A stretch of 64,000 bases of DNA from a virus: the IMG/VR virus record IMGVR_UViG_3300030419_002087, positions 54,935 to 118,934 of that record. One strand, given 5' to 3'. Positions 1-10,900 of this stretch are shown piece after piece (position 1 is the first letter of the stretch; the number at the start of each line of letters is the position of its first letter). A model generated the notes under the pieces. It was not told the DNA's origin and searched no databases. It was given only the letters and a program-made list of their open reading frames with translations. A program made the position numbers and the translations under genes.

Positions 1-2
1 CA

Positions 3-3000
3 ATTAGTGGCCAATGGGTAAGAGTATTTGGTGTAACTGCTAATACATTCGATATTCAAGTTTTAACCGCAGATCCATCTACAACTGGAAATGTACCTCC
101 ATCTTCTAATGTAGATCCACATACGTTTGTTTCTGCTGTTTCTAACAGTATTACAAGAGGTGTAGTTAGAACAGGTGGTGATTATCCACATACATTTGTA
201 AATGCTGTTGGAACTCACATTTATGTTGGTGGAACCTCATCTAATGCTATTACAATAACTGCTGGTAGTGTTCAGAAGGATGTAACTGATGCAACTTATA
301 TCCCAAGTACAGGTCTATTGACCATGACCATTGGTACTCATTCCTTCACAACTTCGGATACTGTGACAATTGGTGCTGATAAGTTGGCCTTTACTTGTGA
401 TGCTGATAATCATGCAACAACTCATTATTATCCTCGTGCAACTGATCCAGTATACAATATAGCAAGTCCAATTGAATCAGTTACTTCAACAACAATAACT
501 GTTGATGTAGGTTCACCGAAACAACAAGACGGTATTACTAAAGGTATTATTACAAAACCAACTTCTGTAATTAGACTTGCTGATAAATCATTAACATTTA
601 AGTGTTCTAGTGATAACTTCGTTACTCCACAGTCTTATCCACGTAACGGTACACAGAATCCACCAATAGTAACTGTTGGATTGGGAAGTGGATATAGTGA
701 TTTACAATACAGTGGTGGTTCTGGTAGTGGATTTAAGGCCTCTATTCAGATTGGTAGTGGTGGAAGTGTTACTGACTTTACTGTAGTAGATTCTGGTATA
801 GGATATAAGAATGATGAAGTATTGACTGTTGTGGGTGTTCCAACTGCAAATGGTGGATATAGCGCACATACAATTACAGTTAATTCTATTACTAATGATT
901 TGTTCTCTGGTTGGTCATTCGGTCAATTATTAGAACTTGACAGTTTTGCCGATCAATTTGATGGTAATCAAACTACATTTACATTAACTAGAACAACTGT
1001 TACTAAGGATATTGTAAATATCGCAAGTAATGATACTAGTATTGATGTTGGTAATAACTTATTAGTATTCTTAAATGATATATTGCAACAGCCAGGATCA
1101 AACTATACATTCAGTGGTGGTACTCAATTAACATTTAGTGAACCACCTAAAGCTGGTAGTAAGTTACAAGTTCTATTCTTTAGAGGATCTAATAAGGATG
1201 TAGATGATGGTAGTCCATTCATAACCATTAAGAAAGGTGATTATTTACAACTTGAAGAGAATGGAGTATATGAACAACAAGATCCAAGAAGAGTTATTGA
1301 AATTACTGGTGTTCAGAAAGTTCAAACAAACATTTATAATGGAGTTGGTATTAATGCTGATAAGACGTTTACTAGGCAAATGGCCTGGACTAAACAGAAA
1401 CAGGATTTGATTCTTGATAATCTACCACTTGCTAAAGATAGGAGTAATTATATCCCAAGAATAAGTCCTACTGCTTATATTATTCAGCCTGTAGGAGTTG
1501 GTTCACAGGAGATATTTGTTGATAACGCCTATCCAACATTCAGTGCATATGATAACAGAGCAACACCTAATGAAGTTCCTGGCGCTGGTATTGAGTTAGT
1601 TAAAGCTAATATTGTTGATCGTGCAGATGCCACAGTATCGGTTTCTGCTGGTGGAACAGTGTTTAATGCAGTTGTTACTGATGGTGGTGCAGGTTATCAA
1701 ACTGTTCCAACTGTTTCCTTTGCTGCAACTATTCCTAGAGTTCGTGAAATTGGTAAGAATTGGTCTTCCAGACTATCTGCTCTTGATCAGGATTGGAGAA
1801 CTGTTACACGTAACGGTTATGGATTATTTGTTATTGCTGGTGATAGTAGTGGTATTAATACATCATCTAATGGTAAACAGTGGTATGCTAGTGGTAACTC
1901 TACTACCTTTGGTGATATTAAAGGAATCGTTGGTATGGGTACTCATACTGTTTTGGTTGGTGCAAGTGGAACTTGTGGATTCTCAACAAATGGTAGAACG
2001 TTCAGTAAATCAACAGTTTACAGAAGGAGAAATGTATTCCCATTAGTATTCTGGGATGATATTACTCTTGCTGGTGATATGAATGCCCTCGCATATGGTG
2101 ATGGAATTGGTGTTGCAGTTGGTGCTGCTGGATCAATTATGTTCACTAAGCCTGGTGCGGCTGGATTTGGTACTGCTTTTGAATTGGCCCAGAAGTTTAG
2201 TTCTACTAATCTAAATGGTGTTGGTAATAACGGTAATGTATTTGTTGCCGTTGGTGTTAATGGAGAAATGTTGAGATCACCTAATGGTGAAAACTATGTT
2301 GGTGTAACTACTACAACTGTTTCTACTACTCTAAATGATGTTACTTATGCAGATGGTAAGTGGATTGCAGTTGGTGCTGCTGGAACTATTATCAAGTCTA
2401 CCGATGATGGTCAGAATTGGGCTGTAGTTTCTGCTGGTGGTACATTTGACTTGAATAAAGTTGGATATGCAAACAGTGTCTTTGTTGCAGTTGGTCAAAG
2501 TGGAATGGTTATGAATTCCGTTGACGGAACAAATTGGTATAAGAAATTCATTGGAGTTGGAACTGACTTTGCTGGTCTTGCATTTGGTGATAATAAATTT
2601 GTTGCTGCTGGTCTATCATCAGCAATATACACATCTGAGTTTGAATCTGTATCTGCTGCTGGTACTGCAACCGTTTCAGCTGCTGGAACAATAACTTCAA
2701 TTAATATTGATGATGGTGGTTTTGGTTATGATATAAATGCTCCTGTTGAAGTACTTGTTTCTGTTGAACCAGTTATTAGAGAAGTTATTACTAGTGTAAA
2801 TGCTGAAGGTGACTTTGGAGATGTTGTTAGTGTTGCAACTTCTGCTGCTGGAATAAACACCACAAGTCCAATGTTGATATTTGAACTTGATTCATCATCA
2901 TTCTTGAATCAGGCTGGATTTGGTAATATCTCTAAATCTGGTATCGCTGCTGGTGATTACTTTGTTGTTACTAATTCAACAACTGGAGTCGCCTGTACTT

Positions 3001-3329
3001 CTATAAATCTTGGTAATGAGATCGTCGGATCTGGTACAACATTCTTAGATAATGTCTATGTTGTTGGCCAAAGAGATGAGTCAACTAGTGGTATTGTTAC
3101 TGTATTCTGTAATGTAAGGAGTATCGCTGGAATAGGAACGACTACTTATAGTCCTAGAATTGGTAAATATAGTTGGGGAAGATTCTATAGTTTCCAAAGA
3201 GATAGACTTTCTCCTCAAGCTTTCCCTGCTTACACCAACAACGGTTCGGCAGGTATTGACACCAATCCAACAGTAGTCAGGATCAAACCACTCGCTGAAA
3301 ATTACAGCGACTTTGATCAGACATCATAA
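3..3329 (+). CDS. gp7: Baseplate wedge initiator gp7-like giant structural protein, C-terminal part (5' end outside window)
   Basis: Frame is open from base 3. G/T/S/V-rich beta-structure, cyanophage YPRxTDP repeats, YCF48/BNR-like propeller repeats (WIAVGAAGTIIKSTDDGQNW), C-terminal GKYSWG motif; lies directly upstream of gp8. Confidence 0.7.
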   Translation: MSGQWVRVFGVTANTFDIQVLTADPSTTGNVPPSSNVDPHTFVSAVSNSITRGVVRTGGDYPHTFVNAVGTHIYVGGTSSNAITITAGSVQKDVTDATYIPSTGLLTMTIGTHSFTTSDTVTIGADKLAFTCDADNHATTHYYPRATDPVYNIASPIESVTSTTITVDVGSPKQQDGITKGIITKPTSVIRLADKSLTFKCSSDNFVTPQSYPRNGTQNPPIVTVGLGSGYSDLQYSGGSGSGFKASIQIGSGGSVTDFTVVDSGIGYKNDEVLTVVGVPTANGGYSAHTITVNSITNDLFSGWSFGQLLELDSFADQFDGNQTTFTLTRTTVTKDIVNIASNDTSIDVGNNLLVFLNDILQQPGSNYTFSGGTQLTFSEPPKAGSKLQVLFFRGSNKDVDDGSPFITIKKGDYLQLEENGVYEQQDPRRVIEITGVQKVQTNIYNGVGINADKTFTRQMAWTKQKQDLILDNLPLAKDRSNYIPRISPTAYIIQPVGVGSQEIFVDNAYPTFSAYDNRATPNEVPGAGIELVKANIVDRADATVSVSAGGTVFNAVVTDGGAGYQTVPTVSFAATIPRVREIGKNWSSRLSALDQDWRTVTRNGYGLFVIAGDSSGINTSSNGKQWYASGNSTTFGDIKGIVGMGTHTVLVGASGTCGFSTNGRTFSKSTVYRRRNVFPLVFWDDITLAGDMNALAYGDGIGVAVGAAGSIMFTKPGAAGFGTAFELAQKFSSTNLNGVGNNGNVFVAVGVNGEMLRSPNGENYVGVTTTTVSTTLNDVTYADGKWIAVGAAGTIIKSTDDGQNWAVVSAGGTFDLNKVGYANSVFVAVGQSGMVMNSVDGTNWYKKFIGVGTDFAGLAFGDNKFVAAGLSSAIYTSEFESVSAAGTATVSAAGTITSINIDDGGFGYDINAPVEVLVSVEPVIREVITSVNAEGDFGDVVSVATSAAGINTTSPMLIFELDSSSFLNQAGFGNISKSGIAAGDYFVVTNSTTGVACTSINLGNEIVGSGTTFLDNVYVVGQRDESTSGIVTVFCNVRSIAGIGTTTYSPRIGKYSWGRFYSFQRDRLSPQAFPAYTNNGSAGIDTNPTVVRIKPLAENYSDFDQTS

Positions 3330-3356
3330 ATAAATCTATAGGAAAACCGTAGTAAA

Positions 3357-4964
3357 ATGCCCGCAATTATTAGTGATCAATTTAGGATCTTAAATGCTGC
3401 GAATTTTGTAGCTGGTGTGGCGGATACCACCCAATCATATTACACTTATCTTGGTTTGCCCAATTCAGGTGATTTTGGTGCTGGTTACGGTACTACGGAT
3501 TGGAATACAAACACTCCCGCCCCCAAGGACGGATTTAGAGAATATAATGATGATTACGACACAATGATCGCACTCAAGAAATTGAGTACAGGTGACGTAA
3601 AGAGAATGATTAGAAAATATTCGTGGTCTGGTGGTACAGTTTTTGAGATGTATAAGAATAATTATACTCGAAGTAACTTATCTCCACAGACTTCTTCAAC
3701 TAATCTGTATGATGCAAAATATTATATTGTAAACAGTCAATTTAAGGTTTATCTTTGTATTAACAATGGCCAAGATCCTGCTAACCCATTAGGTAAGCAG
3801 TCACTTGACGAACCAACTTTTACTGATTTAGAACCAAAGGCTGCTGGTACTTCTGGTGATGGATATCTCTGGAAGTATATGTACACCATTAATCCAAGTG
3901 ATATTGTTAAATTTGATTCTATTGACTATATTCCTGTTCCTGATAATTGGGGTGATGGAGATACAACAGATGTTAAAAATGCATCTGTTGATGGTAAAGT
4001 CGAAACAGCCTTAATTGTTAACTCTGGTGGTGGATATCAACCAATTTCTACTACATTTAATAATATTCCAATTTTAGGTGATGGTACTGGAGGTAAAGCT
4101 TCTGTTACTGTTGATGCTCAAGGTAAAGTTTCGGATGTTACTGTAACTAATGGTGGTGTTAATTATACAAGAGGTGTTATTAATTTCTTCCCAGGCGCTC
4201 CTGGCTCTGAAACTGGTGGCCCTATTGTAGGACTTTCTGCTGTTGGTGTTGGTACAACATCTGTTGCTGAATTTGAAGTTGTAATGCCTCCTCCTGGCGG
4301 TCATGGTGCTGATGTTTATCGTGAATTAGGTGCATTTAGAGTCCTATTGTATAGTAGATTTGAAAATGATGCATCAAACCCAGATTTTATTATCGGGAAT
4401 GATTTTGCAAGAATTGGAGTAGTTAAAAATCCATTAACTCCATCTGGGTCAATCTTAAATTCATCTAGAGCTAGTGCTTTAGTTGGATTGAAATTACAGA
4501 GTTTGACTCCTGGCGGAAGTGTAGTTAATACTACTTTCAAGGTTGATAGTCCTGTATATCAAACAATTGGTGTTGGTTCAACAGCAGTTGGATATGTTGC
4601 TAGTTGGGATAGTGCTACTGCTGTATTGAAAATCTATAATCCAGTTGGATTAGGTTCTACCGCCTATGGATTTAGACTTAATGATTTCACATCACAAATA
4701 GGTGTTGGTGGAAGTTATGCTGTTAATGGTCAATCAGCTGGTGGAACTCTTGGTATTGATACAAGTTTTGGAAATGTTAGTACGCCAGGCACAGCTACCA
4801 CTGTTGGTAATGCTTTAGTCCAATTAGGACAAAGTTTCGTGGAGGGTGTTGCATCACCCGAAATTAAAAAATATTCTGGGGATATGTTATACATAGATAA
4901 CAGGGCCGCGATACAACGTAGCGCTAACCAGAAAGAAGACATTAAGATCGTATTAGAGTTCTAA
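3357..4964 (+). CDS. gp8: Baseplate wedge subunit gp8
   Basis: MPAIISDQFRILNA start, VYLCINNG, DGYLWKYMYTI, C-terminal QKEDIKIVLEF typical of cyanophage gp8. Confidence 0.9.
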   Translation: MPAIISDQFRILNAANFVAGVADTTQSYYTYLGLPNSGDFGAGYGTTDWNTNTPAPKDGFREYNDDYDTMIALKKLSTGDVKRMIRKYSWSGGTVFEMYKNNYTRSNLSPQTSSTNLYDAKYYIVNSQFKVYLCINNGQDPANPLGKQSLDEPTFTDLEPKAAGTSGDGYLWKYMYTINPSDIVKFDSIDYIPVPDNWGDGDTTDVKNASVDGKVETALIVNSGGGYQPISTTFNNIPILGDGTGGKASVTVDAQGKVSDVTVTNGGVNYTRGVINFFPGAPGSETGGPIVGLSAVGVGTTSVAEFEVVMPPPGGHGADVYRELGAFRVLLYSRFENDASNPDFIIGNDFARIGVVKNPLTPSGSILNSSRASALVGLKLQSLTPGGSVVNTTFKVDSPVYQTIGVGSTAVGYVASWDSATAVLKIYNPVGLGSTAYGFRLNDFTSQIGVGGSYAVNGQSAGGTLGIDTSFGNVSTPGTATTVGNALVQLGQSFVEGVASPEIKKYSGDMLYIDNRAAIQRSANQKEDIKIVLEF

Positions 4965-4968
4965 GAAC

Positions 4969-7900
4969 ATGCCACAAGAGACAAACCTCAATGTAAGTCC
5001 TTATTTTGACGATTTTAATGAGGACAAGAATTTTAATAGGGTTCTGTTTAAGCCCGCTACGCCAATTCAGGCTAGAGAATTAACACAATTACAATCGATT
5101 CTCCAAAATCAGATTGAAAGATTTGGACAACATTTCTTCAAAGAAGGATCTCAGGTTATCCCTGGCCAGATTGCTTATGACTCTCAATATAATGCTGTAG
5201 AACTTACTGAAAGTTTCTTAGGTATACAACTGACCAATTATATTGATCAATTAGTAGGTAAAACTATTAAAGGTGAACAATCTGGTGTTGTAGCTAAAGT
5301 TGTTAATAATTTAACTGCAACTAAGTCCGACAGAGGAAATAATACTCTTTATGTAAAATATCAGAAGTCTGGTGATGATTTTGAGACCGTAACTTTTCAG
5401 GACGGTGAAAATTTAATCTGTACTAGTGATATTGAATATGGTAATACTAGAATTGTAGCTAATAACCCTTTTGCTGCTTGTATTCCATCCAATGCATGTT
5501 CTATTGGATCTGCTGCTTCTATTGCGGATGGTGTTTATTTTGTTAGAGGATTCTTTGTAAAAGTAACTGCAAATACTGTAATTCTTGATCAGTATACTAA
5601 TGATCCAACATGTAGAGTTGGTCTGTTTATTAGTGAAAATTTAGTTACTGCTTATTCAGATGATACATTATTTGATAATGCATCTGGTTTCTCTAACTAT
5701 GCTGCGCCTGGAGCTGATAGACTTCAACTTCAAACTACTCTTATAAAGAAAGATATTGATGAATTTAACGATGAGAATTTCGTTGAATTGATGAGATTGA
5801 AGAGTGGTAATATTGAAAAATTTGTAGAAAAGACAGATTATAATATTTTAAAGGATGAATTGGCCAGAAGAACATATGAAACTAGTGGTGATTATTATGT
5901 AAAACCTTTCCAAGTTAATATTAAGGAATCTCTTAATAATAGACAAGGAAATGGTGGTATCTATTATAAAGATCAAAAAACTGCTGAAGGTAATGATCCA
6001 TCAAAAGATTTGATGGTTTATCAAATGTCGCCTGGTAAGGCATATGTAAAAGGATATGATATAAAGAAAATTACTTCTACAAATATTGATGTAGAAAAAC
6101 CAAGAACAATTAAGACTATAGAAAGTGATATAGTTCCTGTTGAAACAACATCTAGTGTTATTGTTAATAATGTTTATGGATCTCCAAAAATAGGTTTTGG
6201 ATCAACAGCTACAATAGATCTTTATACTGATAGAATTAATAGTGGTGGTAGTGCAAATGGTACATATATCGGTAATGCAAAGGTATATGACTTTAAATTA
6301 GAGAATACTCCATATGCAAATGCTGCAACCAACTATGAAGTTTCATTATACGATGTACAGACATTTACAGTATTAACAGTTAATACCGCACAAACATTAT
6401 CAACTCCAATTTATGTGGAGGGTGCAAGAAGTGGGGCCTCTGGTTATCTTAAGAGTAATGTTAGTAGTAGTGTTTCTTTAACACTTACTGGTACTAAAGG
6501 AGCCTTTATTGTAGATGAACCACTTAAAATAAATGGAGTTCAAGAATCTGTTAGTGTAACTTCAGTTGTTGAATATGATTTTGGAGATGTTAAATCATTC
6601 CATCAAAATAATTCACCTAATGTTTTTACAGCTGACTTAGATCTTACAGAAAAATTCTCTATTGCGCCTCCAGGCACACAGTTTACAATAACTAGTGGTG
6701 GTACTGTTACGGTTCCTGGCAAGAGATTTGCTGTAGGAATTAAAACTGGTGATATTGTTTCATATAATTTACAGAGTAATAGTGATATAACCTATAACAA
6801 GGTATCAGCATTGTCAGCTGATGGATCTACCATGACAATTGTTGCTTGCCCTCAAGATATTGCTGGGGTTTGTGATAAAGATCTACCAGGCGGTACTGTA
6901 TCTCCAAGTGATTTTGGTATTGTAAAACCAGCTTTACGTAATGCTCAGAATTCAAGACTAACATCAAATTTACCTCAAAGGTTTATTTCTTCTGTTGATC
7001 TTAAAAATGCTCAACTTTTAATTAGAAAACAGTATGTTCTTAATATATCCTCTAAGAGGGGTACTGTTACTGTAGATGATCCAGATTTATTCTTCCAACC
7101 TTTTGATGAGGAAGATTATAACTTAACATATTCAGATGGATCGATAGAAACTCTTTCATCTCAAAATGTTCAGTTTAACGCTGATTTTAAAACAATTACT
7201 TTACGAAGTTTAACTAAGACTTCTGATACTAATGCAGTTCTTGTTACCACACTTAAAAAGATAAATGTAACTTCAAAAGCTAAAACTCTTTCTAAATGTG
7301 CAAAAGTAACATTTAATAGATCAAAACATGATTATTCTGGAACTAATACTACATCATTTAATAATGGATTAACATATAATGCAATCTATGGAACTAGGGT
7401 AGAAGATGATCAGATATGTTTAAATGTTCCAGATGGTCTTAGGGTTCATGCTATATTTGAATCTTCAGGAACATCAGATCCATCTTTGCCTGGAGCTACT
7501 TTAATTAATAGAAGTGATGCTTTAACAAATACAATTCAAGGTGAACAAGTTCTTGGTGTAGAGAGTGGTGCTTTGGGCCAAGTTGTATCTACAACTACTA
7601 GTACATTTGAAGTAGTTTATAAGAATGAATTTATCTTCCAAGTTGGAGAAACACTTATTTTCCAATCTTCTGGTATAACTGGAGAAGTTTCTCAAGTTGT
7701 AGCTGGTGATAAGAATATTGGTGAAGATTTCCAGTTTGATAATGGAGATAGGAAGGAATATTTAGATTATTGTAGAATTGTCAGAGAACCAACTGCTGAT
7801 GAACCCAAGAAACGAATAACTGTTGTGTTTGACCACTATGTTGTTGATGCTGGATCTGGTGGAGATGTAGTTACTGTAAACAGTTATCCTTCAGATGCCT

Positions 7901-10900
7901 TTGAATATGATTTACCAAAAATTCGTGGTAGAGCTGCTACTGATTTTGTTGATATTAGGCCTAGAGTAAAGGATTATAGTACAGGTGATAGTGACTCTCC
8001 ATTTGAATATGATTATCGTGATTTTTCAAGTACTGGAGCAAGTGCTGCGAATATATTAGTACCTAATGAGGCTTTAATTTTAGGTTATTCTTATTATCTG
8101 GGTAGAATTGATAAGATTCTTTTAAGTAGAGATGGATTCTTTGAAATTAAAAAAGGAGCTCCTTCTGAAAATCCTATAGCTCCAGATACTCCTACTGGAG
8201 GATTCTTAGTATCAACTGTATTCAATGCTCCTTACATTAGAAACGCTACATACGAATCTAATAGTATTCTTTCTTCTCATAAGAGATATACGATGTTTGA
8301 CATCGGTAGACTTGAGAATAGGGTTAAGAATATAGAGTTCTATACACAATTATCTTTACTTGAAACTGAAACATCAAATTTAAACATAAGGGATGCTGGT
8401 ACTGGTCTTGATAGATTTAAGTCTGGATTCTTTGTAGATAATTTTAGAGGACATGGTTCTCATTCTATCTCACATCCATTATTCAAGGCATCTGTTGATA
8501 AGGCCAAAGGTGAATGCCGTCCTTCTCATTACACTACATCATATGATCTTTTAATTGGATCAGAACAAGTTGTTGGAATTGGTACAACTGCCGATCCTAA
8601 TGCTGATTTAACTCAGGTTTCTGATTTACAGTCCAATTCACTACAGAGAACAGGTGATGTTGTTACTTTAAAATATACTGAATCTAAATTTATTGAACAG
8701 AAGTTTGCTACTACTGTTGAGAATGTAAACCCATTTGCGGTTATTAACTGGGTTGGTGTTATTACTTTAAGTCCAGCATCAGATACTTGGTTAGATGAAA
8801 AACATTTAGATGTTAATAATATCATCATGGAAGGTGAATACCAATCCTTGATGGCTGAATTAAATATTGATCCTAATACTGGATTCTCTCCAATTGATTG
8901 GAATGCTTGGGAAGAAGATTGGAGTTCTGTAGATGTTTCTGAGAGAGAATTAGGCCAAAAAATAACTGAAACTGATAGAAAAGTAGGTAACTGGAGTAGA
9001 GGATTTACTGAAGGTGGAGAACTTTTACCACCTATACATGGCGGACATATATCCAGAACTAGAAAAATTGATATTAAGGAAACTATTGAAACAGAATTTG
9101 AAGAAACTACAACTGTTACAACTGGTTTAAGTAGAAGTGGTGTTCAGTTTAATGTTACTGAAAGATGGGATACAGAAAGTCTTGGAACTAGATTAGTTAA
9201 TAAGGAAATAATTCCTTATATGAGATCAAGAAATATAGAATTTACTTCATATAGAATTAAACCAAGAACTCAATTCTATCCATTCTTAGATGGACAGGAT
9301 ATTGCGAAGTATTGTACTCCAAAACTTGTTGAAATTGAGATGCAGAGTGGTGTCTTCCAAGTTGGTGAAACTGTTTATGGTACTACAGATGCGTTCTTCC
9401 AATTTGGTGTTGATCAAGGCCCTCACATAATTTTCAGAGTTGCTCAAACCAACCATAAATTTGGTGCCTATAATAATCCAGAAATTACTTATGCTGTAAA
9501 CCCATATTCTGATACTGTTGGATTAAGTTCTACTTATTCTGCTACAAGTGGTGTTCTTAACGTTGATTGTGGTTCATTACAACTTGAAGTACTTGGTGAT
9601 TTCTATGGTTATATTAGTAAGGGTATGAAACTGGTTGGTCAAACCAGTGGTGCAGAGGCTATTGTTCAGAAGAATAGATTAATCACTGATGAGAAAGGTA
9701 ATTTACTAGGAACTATATTTGTTCCTGATAATGATACTTCTATATCAGCTCCACAATTTACTACTGGAACTAAGACATTTAGATTATCAAGTTCTAAGGT
9801 TAATTCTCAAAGTCCAGTTGATAATCCATCAACTGCGGAAACTACTTATGCTGCAGAAGGTACTCTTGATATATTCCAAGAGGATATTCTGAGTGTTCGT
9901 AATGCTGATGTTTCTAGACAAACATTTAGTGATTCTACCGTAAGAACCAATACAACTCAGAAGACATTTAAGACACAATCATTTGAGAATAGAACAGTCT
10001 TCCAAAACCAGTGGTATGATCCTCTTGCTCAATCGTTTGAGATTACAGAAGATAATGGTGTGTTTATAACTTCCTTGGATGTATTTTTCAAATCTAAGGA
10101 TAGTGCTATTCCAGTTACAGCACAGATTAGAACTATGTTGACTGGTATGCCTACTTCTACCATAGTTCCATTTGGTGAAGTAATATATGAACCAACTCAG
10201 ATTAACTTATCAAATAATGGTACTGTTGCTACCAACTTTAAGTTCCCATCTCCAGTTTATCTTGAGCCGGGAGAATATGCTATAGTACTCTTATCAGCAT
10301 CTAATGATTATGAATGTTTCATATCTGTTATGGAACAAGAAGATATTACAACGGCTGATCTACCAGAAAGTGAGAGAATTATTGTTTCTCAACAACCATA
10401 CATGGGATCTTTATTCAAATCCCAAAATGGTTCTACATGGACTCCAGCACAGTTTGAAGATCTTAAATTCAGTCTTTATAAGGCCCAATTTGTTCAAGAG
10501 CCAGGTACTCTTAAGTATTATAATCCAGAGTTGGGTGTTGGTAAATTAGGTAGACCAAAATTAAGGAATAATCCTTTAACATTCTTATCACAAGAAATTA
10601 GAGTTGGTCTTGGTAGTACAGTACAAACACAAGACTTTAGTAATGGTTCTAGATTAACTCAAGTAAGTAATCTCACTGCCGAAGGTAATATTATTAAGTC
10701 TTTAGGTAAGATTAAGATTGATACTCTTGCTACAGCAGCTGGTGGTATAACAACTAACTCTGTTGGAACAGGATTAACTCCATCAGGATCTAATTTAACA
10801 TATACTGGAATAGCATTAACTACTATAACAGGTGAAGGTTCTGGAGCAGTTGCGAATATACAAGTTGTTTCTGGTGGTGTTGGTGTAGTAACTGTCACTA

